A stretch of DNA of 64,000 nucleotides from Nitrosopumilus sp. (GTDB taxonomy: Archaea; Thermoproteota; Nitrososphaeria; Nitrososphaerales; Nitrosopumilaceae). Below are positions 43,743-54,630 of the stretch, one piece after another. The position numbers and the translations under genes were made by a program. The notes under the pieces were generated by a model. It was given only the letters and a program-made list of their open reading frames with translations, made no database searches and had not been told where the DNA came from. Location: assembly GCA_965238275.1 (NCBI GenBank), contig OZ250186.1:1632001-1696000 (forward strand), read 5' to 3'. Within the stretch, counting starts at the first letter, position 1; each line of letters begins with the position of its first letter.

Positions 43743-45020
43743 ATGGTGTTTGGCTGGGGCAAAAAGAAGCAGAGGGACGAGCCTGTCCGGGCGGCTCCTC
43801 AGCGCAGCGAGATCGGCCTGAATGATGTGCCCGGAATCCTTGCCGAACTGAACCAGACAAAGGCCGCACATGCAGTCCATGACATAATCTACCAGCGCGA
43901 TGCAGTCACGCCGCTTATCGATGACCTGATGAGGATTGGGAACCTGCTAGAGAGGGACAGCCTTAACGTTGATGACATAGACAAGCATCTTGCGGTAATA
44001 GTAATCCGGGGAAAGAAGCAGGTCCTTGAGGTTATCAAAAAGGAGGCGAACCACCTGCCGCCGGTATCCTCCATTCGGGACGTACCTGCCTTTGAATCCG
44101 CCCTGAACCAGCTTCTCAAGAAGGTCGGATCCGTCCTGGGACGGCAGTCCAAGGTGATACACATATTTGCAAAAAAGTACGCCGGACGCCTAAAGACCAA
44201 CCTTGAGACGATGACCAACCACCACAAGAGGATCCGCGAACTGATCTCCGAGTATGACTCTGCAGTGGCCAAATCTGATGAGATAACTGACATGATCAGC
44301 CAGATTGACGCCCTGAAGAACTCCAGGCAGGAGGGATCCAAGAGAATTGAGGAGCTGCGCAGAGACATCGGGGAGAGGGACGCTGCAATCGCATCCATCC
44401 GGAACCTGATTGCCAAGATAAAATCCTCAGACAGATACTGCAGGTATGTGGATTTGAAGAACAACCTTGATGCGTTTGCAGGACAAAAGGCCGAGATCCG
44501 GGCCAGAATAAACTCACAGTTTGCCAAAATCTCAAGGCCCCTGGGCAGGTACGAGTACGGCTCGGCCCTGGACAAGGACCAAAAGAGGATCCTTTCAGGG
44601 CTCATTGCAGACCCGTTTAGTATGCTTGTGGCACCAAACCTGGAGCCCATTGGCGAGATACTGGAGAATGTCAAGCGGGGAATATCATCAGGCTCAATCT
44701 CGGTCAAGGACGTCCCAAAGACGCTTTCATACATAGCAGAGACTGCGGGGTCAGTTGATGCGTTTGTAAGGCAGATCTCCGAGTATTATGCAGAGTACCG
44801 GAAACTTGAAGAAGAGATGAACGCCGTAAAATCAGACGATCTGCAGACCACAGAAGAGGATCTTGCCAAGAGCATCGCATTCAAGGAGAGCTCCGAGGAG
44901 AGGATCCAGGTGATTCGGGACGACATGGATGCTGCCGCATCAAGGATCATCCTACTGAAATCCCAGATTGAAGACGCACTGGTGCAGTCCACAAAATTCC
45001 AATACACATTGAAATCCTAA
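43743..45020 (+). CDS. Coiled-coil hypothetical protein
   Basis: MVFGWGKKK start; long helical ORF. Confidence 0.7.
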   Translation: MVFGWGKKKQRDEPVRAAPQRSEIGLNDVPGILAELNQTKAAHAVHDIIYQRDAVTPLIDDLMRIGNLLERDSLNVDDIDKHLAVIVIRGKKQVLEVIKKEANHLPPVSSIRDVPAFESALNQLLKKVGSVLGRQSKVIHIFAKKYAGRLKTNLETMTNHHKRIRELISEYDSAVAKSDEITDMISQIDALKNSRQEGSKRIEELRRDIGERDAAIASIRNLIAKIKSSDRYCRYVDLKNNLDAFAGQKAEIRARINSQFAKISRPLGRYEYGSALDKDQKRILSGLIADPFSMLVAPNLEPIGEILENVKRGISSGSISVKDVPKTLSYIAETAGSVDAFVRQISEYYAEYRKLEEEMNAVKSDDLQTTEEDLAKSIAFKESSEERIQVIRDDMDAAASRIILLKSQIEDALVQSTKFQYTLKS

Positions 45021-45046
45021 AATTAATCATACATGACAGCATTGGT

Positions 45047-45445
45047 GTGATATTCAAGACCAAAAAGATCGAGCGCAACGTCATGCTTCAAAAGGACGTG
45101 CTTGACAGCATACTGTCCTACTGCAAGATGAAGCATCCCAACGAGGGGATCCTGATACTGAAGGGCAAGTCAAGGAGGGGACAGATAAGAATCGACGGCC
45201 TTGTCATTCCGCCGTTCAGCGAGACGGGCCCCACGTTTGCCGGATTCCCACACTCGTTTCTCCCCTTTGACATGAGCTATGTGGGACTCGTCCACTCCCA
45301 TCCAAGCGGCTCGGCCGAACCGTCAGTCACCGACCTGCATAACTTCTTTGGCCTGGTATCGCTGATAGTCAAGTTTCCATACGCCGACGAGTCCATATTT
45401 GCCTGGGACAGCGGCGGAAACCCCGTGCCCATGACCGTGGAGTGA
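45047..45445 (+). CDS. JAB1/MPN (JAMM) metalloprotease
   Basis: PNE and HSHPSG...PS.TD JAMM motif. Confidence 0.9.
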   Translation: MIFKTKKIERNVMLQKDVLDSILSYCKMKHPNEGILILKGKSRRGQIRIDGLVIPPFSETGPTFAGFPHSFLPFDMSYVGLVHSHPSGSAEPSVTDLHNFFGLVSLIVKFPYADESIFAWDSGGNPVPMTVE

Positions 45446-45640
45446 CCCAGGCATATGCATGTCTGAACCGTCTTGGGGGGGGGAGGCGCTGCAGTTTGAA
45501 GTTTCCAACCTTCACTGCCAATTGGTCCTGTCCGGGATCTGTCCTGGCATGAACAGGCGATCGCGCCTGATCCTGCAGACGGTACGGGCAACCAAAAATC
45601 GATAAAACTTTATATCCATTTTAGGCGTATATTCAGCAAG

Positions 45641-45964
45641 TTGTTTAACTACAAGGTTTATCTGATCTTTCTGCTTGCATCCTTGGCAATCAGCATCGGT
45701 CTCCAGATGGTGCTTCCCTTCCCATACGGGTTGGCCGCAGCCCTTGGAATCTTCATACTGTTCCCGCTCTTCCTCAGAAGGAAATACATGAGCCGCATGC
45801 GCGGTTACGGCGGGGACTCTGGCACGCGTGGTGGCGGGTTCTTTGGAATGGGCTCCCAGGAAGGCTCCGGCAGCGTAAAGTACGTCTGCCTTGTATGCAA
45901 CAGCAAGCACAAGGGCGGCTCCTGTCCGCGCTGCGGCTCAAAGATGCAGCGCGCAGATTTCTGA
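45641..45964 (+). CDS. Membrane protein with C-terminal zinc ribbon
   Basis: Two TMs; CLVC...CPRCGSK; TTTATA box upstream. Confidence 0.75.
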   Translation: MFNYKVYLIFLLASLAISIGLQMVLPFPYGLAAALGIFILFPLFLRRKYMSRMRGYGGDSGTRGGGFFGMGSQEGSGSVKYVCLVCNSKHKGGSCPRCGSKMQRADF

Positions 45965-45970
45965 GACAAT

Positions 45971-46279
45971 ATGTCCCTTGACGATCTTCGCAAGAGGGTG
46001 GCATTCCACAACTCCGTGGATGTCTGGATCGCCGCATGCCGTGAAAGGGACGCAGACTGGACCAACCCGGACGACTACAGGAAGTTCATCGCATACCTGC
46101 TCAAAAACAACCTCCACCTCAAGGCATTCAACCTGTGCGCGCACGAGGCAGGCGCCACAGACGAGGCAAAGACGCAGTTTGCCGATCTGCTCGCGCAGGC
46201 AAAAGACGATCCCTGCTCCCTAAACTACACCATCCGGCTAAGCAACTCCGCGCTGGCCCTCATCCGCAGATACTCCTGA
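45971..46279 (+). CDS. Hypothetical protein
   Basis: Operon-like spacing after previous gene; plausible composition. Confidence 0.65.
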   Translation: MSLDDLRKRVAFHNSVDVWIAACRERDADWTNPDDYRKFIAYLLKNNLHLKAFNLCAHEAGATDEAKTQFADLLAQAKDDPCSLNYTIRLSNSALALIRRYS

Positions 46280-47650
46280 TCATCTCCTGAGCCTTGGATT
46301 TGCTATCGTATCCAGGGCGTTTCCTATGAATACAAAGGCCAAACCCGTAATCGCAATCATTATCCCCGGCGGCATTATCCACCACCACAGCCCCCTGGGG
46401 GATGCCCCAAACGTGTTTGCGTCGTGCAGTATCTGGCCCCATGTGGGAAACGACGGATCCCCCAGTCCGAGAAAGCTGAGTCCTGCCTCGGTCGTGATGG
46501 CTGCAGGGACCGAGATGGCGATGCTTGCAAAGGCATAGGGGAGCAGCTGGGGCAGGATATGCTTGAATATTATGCTGGATCTCTTCTGTCCCATGATCTC
46601 TGCTGCATCCACATACCCCCTGGTCTTGATCTGCAGCGACATGCTCCTTGAGACCTTTGCAATGCCCACCCAGCCAAATATCATCAGGAATCCAACCATC
46701 ACAAATATGCTGTTGCTGACTGTCACTGAGAGTATCACCAGGAACGGCAGGGCCGGCAGGGCATACACCACGTCATTCACCCTCATCATGGTCTCGTCAG
46801 TCTTTTTGCCCCTGAACCCTGCATAAACCCCGTAGAGCAGTCCCATCACCACTGAGGCAATGGACACGACAAGCCCTATGAACAGGGCAAGGGGCGTTCC
46901 CCAGAGCAGCCCCACTGCCAGGTCGCGCCTGAGCTCGTCGGTGCCCATGACGCCAAAGGCCTTTCCCCCTATGATCAATTTGGACTCGGATACCTCCACT
47001 GCGTCTGAGCCCACCCCGTAAAAGTTCATTGAAAAGACATAGTTTCCCTTCAGGGGTACGTTTTCCTGCGTCTGTGAAAAGATCGTGTCGCTGACCGGGG
47101 CATGCCTGATGTCAAACCCGAACGGCTCTGCGTGCAGGTTGAGGTTCTGCCTTATCTGGCTGTCAGTCGAGAATATCCTTCCGCTGTGCGACGTCATGGC
47201 ATCCGACTGCGGAAGCGACCTTGAGATCAGTTCCAGCTCGACCCCGTCTGGCCTGATCACCGAGACCTGCATCAGGGGGGACCCGGCATACTCTGCTGAG
47301 AACTCGTAGATAAAGTCGTCAGGAAAGTCGTCATAGCCAAACTGCACCTGGAACCTGTGCGATGTTACCGAGATTCCCCCGTCGGTGCTCTGCTGGACGG
47401 CAGGCGACTCCAGAATCTGGTGCTCCGGAATCTTCTCTGCGGTAAACAGGTTTACCCATGACGGGACCGCGGCCCTTGGATACTCTATCCATTTCTCCGG
47501 ATTGTTCCACTGCTGGAGGGTGTCAAGCGGGATTGCAACCAGCGCAACCACCGACGTGGATGCGAGGATTGCAAGGATGCACAACCCGGCAATGCCCATC
47601 TTGCTCCTAAAGAACTCCCGCCGTATCTCCTGGAATGTGGTGGCGCTCAC
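46280..47650 (-). CDS. Peptide ABC transporter permease (OppC/DppC-like)
   Basis: GTDE..RD, YVDAA..MG, KHILP, LSFLGLG, WG. Confidence 0.9.
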   Translation of the reverse strand: MSATTFQEIRREFFRSKMGIAGLCILAILASTSVVALVAIPLDTLQQWNNPEKWIEYPRAAVPSWVNLFTAEKIPEHQILESPAVQQSTDGGISVTSHRFQVQFGYDDFPDDFIYEFSAEYAGSPLMQVSVIRPDGVELELISRSLPQSDAMTSHSGRIFSTDSQIRQNLNLHAEPFGFDIRHAPVSDTIFSQTQENVPLKGNYVFSMNFYGVGSDAVEVSESKLIIGGKAFGVMGTDELRRDLAVGLLWGTPLALFIGLVVSIASVVMGLLYGVYAGFRGKKTDETMMRVNDVVYALPALPFLVILSVTVSNSIFVMVGFLMIFGWVGIAKVSRSMSLQIKTRGYVDAAEIMGQKRSSIIFKHILPQLLPYAFASIAISVPAAITTEAGLSFLGLGDPSFPTWGQILHDANTFGASPRGLWWWIMPPGIMIAITGLAFVFIGNALDTIANPRLRR

Positions 47651-48723
47651 TGGCCTATCCTCACCCTTGGATCAAAGTAGCCTATGAGCAGATCCGCAAA
47701 AAAGACGCTGACCAAAAAGAAGGCGGTAAGGATGTACGTGGCGCCCACTATCACCGGCAGGTCCATCACGGTGATGGCCTCAAAGTACAGCCTGCCCATT
47801 CCGGGCCAGTCAAACACCGCCTCTGTGATTATCGCCCCCCCGAGGGAGCCTGAAAGACTGAGTGCCAGTATGGTGATGATGGGGGGCGCTGCATTCTTTA
47901 GCGCATGCGAGTAGACTATCTTCCTCCTCTTGATCCCTATGGCCTTCTTTGCCATGACAAAGTCCTCCTGCATGATTCCCACCATGAAGTTTCTCACAAT
48001 GTACGCCCACGACCCAAAGCCAATCAGCACTATGGTGATCAGCGGAAGCGTCATGTGGTACAGAAGGGATCCCAGGTATGCCGGGTCAGAGGACGGGATG
48101 TCCGGCGTGGCCCTTGCGGGAAATACGTGGTATATGAACGAGAACAGAAAGATCATCAGCATTCCTATCCACCATACCGGAAAGCTGGAGCTTATCACTG
48201 CAAAGCTTGACGTGATTCTGTCTATGGGGGACCCCACCCTGCTTCCTGCCAGCGCGCCCAGAAATATCCCCAGCAGCGATATCACTACGGTCGCAGTGGT
48301 AAATAGGAGAATGGTCCTTGGCATCTTTTCAAATATGATGTCCCTTACATCCGACGAGCCTGCATCGCTGGTAAGAAACGTGGCGTATCCAAAGTCCAGA
48401 ATCAGTATCTTGTACATCGTAAGCCCTATCCTCTGCGGCGAGTACCACGGCTCGTCCAGCCCGAGGTTTTTGATCCTCTGGTCTATGGTGTCCTGGACTA
48501 CCTTTTCAAACTCCTCAATCGAGGCAAAGCCCTCGATCATCCTTGGATTCTCCGTCATCTCCGACCTGACCTGAAACGCTATGCCGTGCTTCAAAATGAC
48601 ATCCATGTTGGAGCCTACAAGGGCGATTGTGATTAGCAGGGTAATCATCAACACTCCAAACATCGTAGCCACCCTGGTTGCCACATATCTCTTGAGGGAC
48701 GTGTCTGTGGTTGGTCGGATCAT
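47647..48723 (-). CDS. Peptide ABC transporter permease (OppB/DppB-like)
   Basis: LGLD.P, EDFV..KKA.G, HALKNA, EAVF.WPGMG. Confidence 0.9.
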   Translation of the reverse strand: MIRPTTDTSLKRYVATRVATMFGVLMITLLITIALVGSNMDVILKHGIAFQVRSEMTENPRMIEGFASIEEFEKVVQDTIDQRIKNLGLDEPWYSPQRIGLTMYKILILDFGYATFLTSDAGSSDVRDIIFEKMPRTILLFTTATVVISLLGIFLGALAGSRVGSPIDRITSSFAVISSSFPVWWIGMLMIFLFSFIYHVFPARATPDIPSSDPAYLGSLLYHMTLPLITIVLIGFGSWAYIVRNFMVGIMQEDFVMAKKAIGIKRRKIVYSHALKNAAPPIITILALSLSGSLGGAIITEAVFDWPGMGRLYFEAITVMDLPVIVGATYILTAFFLVSVFFADLLIGYFDPRVRIGQ

Positions 48724-48888
48724 GTTATAATCATTATGTATTGAGGTAGGTATGGACTCAGGTCCAATACAATTCTAGGCACGAATTTGCAATGAATTAT
48801 GGGGACTGGTAAGTTATCGCGACCTAAACTAGGGTGGAAAGCTGGTGATCTAAAATATTACGATTTCTTCAATGTTTAATCGGTACAC

Positions 48889-49134
48889 TTAGCGTTCCAA
48901 CTTGTCTAGTCGTTCTGCCAATCCCTCGATCCCTTGTCCGTTGGCTTGCACCACACCATACATTTGGGGCAGAATGTCCGTGTGCTCCTTGATGACATCC
49001 ATGTCAGTTTTCATGGTGTCAAGCTTGTTGCAGTTGATGCCGACTTGCTCCTTGAGGCCGTCCACGTCTTGTTTGAGGTTTCCCAATTCCTGCCTGACGA
49101 CCCTGATTTCTGTCAGAATGTCTTCATTGGTGCT
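48889..49134 (-). CDS. Small coiled-coil hypothetical protein
   Basis: Heptad pattern LKQDVDGLKEQV...LDTMKTDMDVIK; start could be 49161, 49137 or nearby. Confidence 0.55.
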   Translation of the reverse strand, partial: STNEDILTEIRVVRQELGNLKQDVDGLKEQVGINCNKLDTMKTDMDVIKEHTDILPQMYGVVQANGQGIEGLAERLDKLER

Positions 49135-49636
49135 CATGGTAATCTTTCCCGGGCTGGACATAAAAGTGTTAAATGGTGTTTAACATTTAGCCAAAAGGAA
49201 TCGCAGAGAAGATCCGTTCAGGTCACCAACTTTCCACCGGATTCTGGGTCACTGTAAGTTACCAGCCCCAAATAATAGTAGTCTTAAAATATCCTATCAA
49301 ATCATTATGTTGGCATGTTTGGCAGCCGGCCCGTCCATGCCCAGATAGCATTGGCCGGGCGGGCATGCCCTGCGGCGGCGGCGGCGGCGGCGTCCAGCTG
49401 GCCTGAGATGCCAGCCATGCCCGTACTCCCGTACGGCACCTTCATGCGGCATCCGATTATTTGCGGGACTCTGGCACCATGACTGTCCTGCCGGCTGTGA
49501 CAGGCGGCGTCTGGCTGCGATGCGCTGCTGCGGTACAGCAACGGCATGATTTTTCATTAATAAAAATAAAAAAACCGGTGGGGGTGGCGCTGACTGCCAT
49601 TATGCAGCAGCCGTGGCCTGTGTGCAGTCACATCCA

Positions 49637-49777
49637 TCAGATGCTTCTTGCTAGCAAATCGTTGATTGCGTCTGAGTAGCTGTATGCCTTGTTGCTGACA
49701 AGTATCGTCTTGGCCTGAAATTGTCGTACTTTGCGATCCAACTCATCACTTATCATGAATGTGACTCGTTTTGTCAT
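49637..49777 (-). CDS. 46-aa ribbon-helix-helix-like DNA-binding protein (MTKRVTFMISDELDRKVRQFQAK...SYSDAINDLLARSI), not in ORF track
   Basis: Hand translation; KRVT.MI.D.LD.K.R beta-helix pattern; TATAAA upstream on minus strand. Confidence 0.7.
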   Translation of the reverse strand: MTKRVTFMISDELDRKVRQFQAKTILVSNKAYSYSDAINDLLARSI

Positions 49778-50042
49778 ACCATGTGTGTGTTATTGCAGTA
49801 TTTATACCAGAACCATCTTCACTGTCACAACCTGCGCGCAATCCAAAAACAAGACGCCACATGCATGCGCCGTGGCCTGGCACCCTGTTCGCAATCGTTT
49901 GGGCCGCCTGGATCCGCGTGCTTGAAGCGGCCTGCCCGGTTCCCGTGCGATGCCTGGTGCACGAATCCCGCAGAACCGTCCCCTGTTGGATCATCCTCTC
50001 ATCATCAGAAATGTTATAAATCTGGCCGGTTCTGGGCATGTC

Positions 50043-50333
50043 ATGACAGAAAAGCCTCCGTTTGACCCTGACAGTCTTGTCCTGACAAAGCCCGAGATTG
50101 TCGGGTTTTGTGATCGTGTGTTGAAAAAGTGGAATGAGGACCCCTCAAAGCACGCAAACGGCATACTTGCAATGAATGCAGTACGGACCAGCATACTGTG
50201 GACTGACGAGGAATCCCTCAAGATGATCTGGGGTGAGATCCTGGCATGGACCTTTGAGCTGCTCTACGAGAATGCAATGGCGCAGGACGCGCGGTGGGCC
50301 GACACCATGAAAAGGGTAGGGGCAAGACAGTGA
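50043..50333 (+). CDS. Hypothetical protein
   Basis: TTATAAA ~25 bp upstream of ATG 50043. Confidence 0.6.
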   Translation: MTEKPPFDPDSLVLTKPEIVGFCDRVLKKWNEDPSKHANGILAMNAVRTSILWTDEESLKMIWGEILAWTFELLYENAMAQDARWADTMKRVGARQ

Positions 50334-50409
50334 TGCCCTGGAACAGACAGGATTGCATGCATTTATGGTAGAGTCTGGACCTGCCGCATACTATGCCTGC
50401 GGCGGCCTT

Positions 50410-50733
50410 TTACACATCCACTTTTCCTACACTCGCCCTGTCCTTTGTGACAATTATCGGGCGCATGATGAGTCCGGGATGCTCTGCCATCAGTTTGATT
50501 ATCTGCGAGTCCGTGTTTTCGGCGCTGTCCAGTTTGAGCTCCTTGTACATCTTGTCCCTCTTTCTCAAAAGCTCCGACGGCCTCTTGCCGCTCATCTGAA
50601 CTATCTCCCTTAACTCTGACTCTGAAAACGGCTGCTTGAAAAAGTCCCTCTTTTCGATGACTGCGCCGGATTTTTCGATGCCTGCTATGGCCCTTTTGCA
50701 TGTGATGCATGAGGACTTGTGATATATCTTCAA
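50410..50733 (-). CDS. ArsC/Spx-family thioredoxin-fold protein
   Basis: IY...SC.TCKRA and HP.LI.RPI. Confidence 0.85.
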   Translation of the reverse strand: MKIYHKSSCITCKRAIAGIEKSGAVIEKRDFFKQPFSESELREIVQMSGKRPSELLRKRDKMYKELKLDSAENTDSQIIKLMAEHPGLIMRPIIVTKDRASVGKVDV

Positions 50734-51583
50734 CCAGAAACCGTGTGCCTGCCTGGCCTAAAAGTTGTTCGGGTGACGGGGGTGTGTCCTAGAGACATAT
50801 ACCCCCGGATGACAAAAGATATGGATCGGCAGATCACGGCATCGCCTAATGACTACAAAGAAACGCGATCAACGACAATACGATTTGGTTCAGCAGTACC
50901 TGTCTGGTCTCATGCTGAATACCGTGCTGGGAATAATCAAGGAGCTTGGGAATCCGTACGCCGTCAGGCCCGGCCTGGGCGGCATGACTGCATATCCGCC
51001 TGGCGCCATGGCAGCTGTCTGCATCATGCTTGAGGCACAGCGCACGACCTACCGTAAGATGGTCGGCATTCTCCGGAATAACGGCACCATGGCAGCCAAG
51101 ATGGGCCTGGACCGGATTCCCTCCAAGAGCACGATAGCGCGCGCCTACGGCCTGATCCCGGAATGGTATCTGGCAGAGGCACACCGGATTGCCATCAGGG
51201 AGGTGGAGGCAGGCTCCCTGGCAGCAGACAGCACCGGATACTCGTACCTGCGGTTTGTCAGGTGGCTTGACGTCAGGACCGACAGTTTTCGCACCAGGAA
51301 GGGATGGGTCAAACTGCACGCAATCGTGGATATCCGCACCAGGGTGATAATCGACTGCATGGTGACAGACAGCGCGGTGGCAGACATAAACGGGTTGTAT
51401 GTGATGCTCTGCAGGCTAAGCCGGGGCACCGGCGACTTTTGCCTGGATTCTGCGTATCTGGCAAGGCTCATGTGCAACATGATATCTGCCATGGGAATGG
51501 TGCCCCGCATCAAGCCAAAGTCCAACACCGTACGCAACGCCAAGGGAAGCCAGTCGTGGCGCGAGATGGTGAGCCTGTACATG

Positions 51584-53265
51584 AGATCCTATGCAGAATG
51601 TGCCTGACGTGGCAAATCATAAAATCATGTCAGAACTGCGCTAGCCGTGGCCATATTTGAAAATCTCGTCTGCCGTATATTTTACAAATTTGTCTTGCAC
51701 GTCCATGTGAAAAATCCAGTTTCCAGTATTGGAAAATAAGGCACGTCCTGTGGATGTGCGGCATCCGTCCCCGGGGCGGCAGGTTGTTTCATGGGGAATG
51801 GTGGGGGAATTTGCACAAATATTGGATGCCGTGCGCGACATTCCTGCACTGCCTGATGCCACCTGCCTTTCACTCCGTCAGGCGGCTCGTGCCGCCCTGT
51901 CTCAGAGGCGCGCCCTTTTTTCGGCCAGCCTTTTGAGAAGGTCCGCGTCCCTGAGTTTTATTTCGTCCCACATCAGATCCTGGTTTACCATTCCCGCAAT
52001 CGCGTTGAGCTCGTCGTTGTACTCCTCCTCGGTGCCGTCGTACGGGTCAGTCAGCCTCTTGTACTGTTTCAGGCTTCCGATAACGTGCTCTATGGCCACA
52101 CGGGAGCTGTTTACCCTCTTGTTGTAGGCGCGCTGCTTCTTTGTCAGGCCGCCGGTCTTTTTGTCGGCTCCACGCTTTTTCTTGTGCGGGTGCCTGATGT
52201 GCCATCCGGGATATTCCTCTCTTGTCCCTTGGTAGCCCTTGTCCATCAGGACGTCAGGCTTTTCTTTTTCGGGCACGTCCTTCTGGCCCATCCTTGCCGT
52301 AATGATTCCAAGGTTTGGCGGATCCTCGTTGAGCAGGGTCTTGTCGTGGACGCTGCCCGGAACGGTCTTGCTTATCGCCACTATCACGCGGCGCTTGTTG
52401 ATCACGATGTTGGTATTGTACGTGTGCGCCTTCTTCTTGCCAGAGTACGTCTTTTTGCGTCTCTCCTTGTCCGCGGACCTTCTGACCCGGTTGTGCGTGC
52501 CGTCCACCATCAGTTCTCCTCCCCTCCTGCCGGGTATTATCTTCTTGCTCTCCTCGAGTGTCTTGGCCTTTTGTACAGCCTCGCTGATTTTGCGCGGCGC
52601 CGTGCCTGTCTCGCCTAGCAGCCTGGTCATCAACGGGAGATACCTGGAGACGGTGGCCTGGTCGACGCCAAACATCGCGGCAAGGGCTTCCTGCGGTATG
52701 CTCAGCCTTGCCCGAAACAGCCACAGCAGGTACGCGTGCCTCAGGGGCAGGATGCGCCTGCTCCCGGAGTTTTTCGATCTGTTCTCGATTTCCCGGAAGA
52801 GTGCAGTCTCCCCGTTCCGCTCCAAAAGCTCCTCGAGGCGGTTCAGCGTGTGGCCAAACTTTTCCGGGGTGCGCAGCGTCATGGCGTGCAGTAATTCCGG
52901 ATATTTTATGATGTCGTCGAGAACCCTCGACGTGACGGTCCAGTGATCAGTCAGGCGTTCCTTGAGCGCCTCGCACTTCTGTCGGTCTGTCCTGCGTGCT
53001 TCCTTGAGGGCCCTGATCCTCTGCCGGCAGGATTCATCCGACTCCCTGAGCGCCTCGTTTTCCTGCCGTAATCTCTGCACCGTTGGATCGACTAGCATTG
53101 CCATCACGGTGTGGCGTAAAAATCACCGATCTTAACGTTTCGGTTATCCTTCTTGGATTGGCATGCTTTACGGTTCCGTGGATATTCGGCCGCATGTGGT
53201 GCCGCACGTGGGAATAACCCAATTTAATTCAGTTTTTTAAATCAGGCACATTCTGCATGAGATCT
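51584..53265 (-). mobile_element. IS5-family (ISL2-like) element with 24-bp IRs and 3-bp TSD ATG
   Basis: AGATCCTATGCAGAATGTGCCTGA vs AGATCTCATGCAGAATGTGCCTGA; ATG at 51581-51583 and 53266-53268. Confidence 0.92.
51902..53107 (-). CDS. Transposase, homologue of 17868-19118
   Basis: FGVDQATVSR, VDGTH, YSGKKK, HD, DKGY, EHVIG.LK. Confidence 0.9.
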   Translation of the reverse strand: MMAMLVDPTVQRLRQENEALRESDESCRQRIRALKEARRTDRQKCEALKERLTDHWTVTSRVLDDIIKYPELLHAMTLRTPEKFGHTLNRLEELLERNGETALFREIENRSKNSGSRRILPLRHAYLLWLFRARLSIPQEALAAMFGVDQATVSRYLPLMTRLLGETGTAPRKISEAVQKAKTLEESKKIIPGRRGGELMVDGTHNRVRRSADKERRKKTYSGKKKAHTYNTNIVINKRRVIVAISKTVPGSVHDKTLLNEDPPNLGIITARMGQKDVPEKEKPDVLMDKGYQGTREEYPGWHIRHPHKKKRGADKKTGGLTKKQRAYNKRVNSSRVAIEHVIGSLKQYKRLTDPYDGTEEEYNDELNAIAGMVNQDLMWDEIKLRDADLLKRLAEKRARL

Positions 53266-53970
53266 ATGGATGATCGGGACAAATTTGATTCGCAGTACCA
53301 CCAGCGGAGCATCATCGAGGCAGTCTTTGCCGCCCTCAAGAAGATGTACGGGGATGGCACCAGATGCCGAAAACACGAGAACCGGGCAAATGAGGTTGCG
53401 ATCCGCATCATGTGCTACAACGTCGAGCTCGTGGCCAGATTGCAGGCAAAAGACGGTAGGCTCACACAGGATCAAATCGCGATACTTGCAGCGTAACCGG
53501 CGCGTCTTGACACGCGCCTCCTAGCGGAGCCTCCGCACAGCGTCTTGGATTTGGGGGATTTTATGGGTTGTGGGGGATCGACGGTGCTGCACTGTTGATG
53601 CCGACGGGTTCTGGCACCAATCGTGTCTTTGACATCTTGGCACATGGGATGGCATTTTTTATTACTAGGACACACCCGGGTTACGGGGAAAACCACCGCA
53701 TAAATCATTGCCAGGACGGCGTCATCTGCGATTATCAGTTGGGTGAGTGGCGCTTTCACCTGTAAAAGGATCAGTCACTGCGGCCTCCACAATGCAGGTT
53801 GCGGCAGTCTGGCCGTCACTTCTGTCCCTCTGCAGACCCTCGGGTTGCTTGACGCTTGGACTGCCTGTGCCGGTCCCGTGCCGGGCATGGCAAACGCGGA
53901 CCTGCCAGCCGCCCACGCTGCATTGCATCCTGTAAAAAACTAAATCAGCAAGTATGCTCAAGCATGACTG

Positions 53971-54630
53971 GTGGATCTAGAAAAATTTCGCAACGACGTC
54001 TACGAGGTGACTGGCAGGCTCTCCGGGAACCTTGACGGTTCAGACATCCCCAAACTGAACCATGTCAGGCACCAGCTGATCGACATGTATCAAAAAAACC
54101 TTGTAAAGATAAACCACTCCGTGCTCGAACTCATCTGCGCTGCCGGCCTCATATCGCGCGGCTACACAGTTGACGTCGAAAAGCGCGTCTCTGAGATTCT
54201 GGTGTGCGACATTTATGCCCGAAAGGGCGACGGCAGCACCATCGTGGAGATAGAGACCGGCTTCACTCCCCCGGATCATGCACTGGACACCGTTGACTAC
54301 TATGCGGCCAGAATCATGAGCAAGATTGCCAGGTACAGCAGCCACTGCTCAAAGTTCTCCCTGGCAACCCCGGTCATGGGAATCCTGCCAATTCCGGCCA
54401 TCTTCCTGCTGCCGCCCAATGCAAGGAACGGCAGCGACGTGCAGGCAGTAAAAGATCTGTGCGACCGCTATTACAGGAACCCGCGCATCGGATACGACGA
54501 CATCCTTCATGCCCGCCTGCATTCAATCTATCTTATCCACATAGACAGGGGGTTTGCAAGGGAGGTGGACCCGCAGGGATACCTGGATATGACCGGCGAT
54601 CTTCTCCAAAGGAGCGAAGTCCGGTATTGA
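53971..54630 (+). CDS. Conserved archaeal hypothetical protein, possible PD-(D/E)XK-like fold
   Basis: VE...CDIYA.K.....IVEIETG pattern. Confidence 0.6.
   Translation: MDLEKFRNDVYEVTGRLSGNLDGSDIPKLNHVRHQLIDMYQKNLVKINHSVLELICAAGLISRGYTVDVEKRVSEILVCDIYARKGDGSTIVEIETGFTPPDHALDTVDYYAARIMSKIARYSSHCSKFSLATPVMGILPIPAIFLLPPNARNGSDVQAVKDLCDRYYRNPRIGYDDILHARLHSIYLIHIDRGFAREVDPQGYLDMTGDLLQRSEVRY

Larger units (their letters stand above)
50849..53496 (+). pseudogene. DDE transposase (same type as 39993) interrupted by a nested IS
   Basis: DSTGY, KLH, DSAY in 5' part; YHQRSIIEAVF resumes at 53266; junction restores SLYMDDRDKF. Confidence 0.9.

Noticed and set aside
53500-53760. Possible TnpB zinc-finger remnant on minus strand
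   Set aside because: Only vague Cys spacing; no RuvC motifs recognisable
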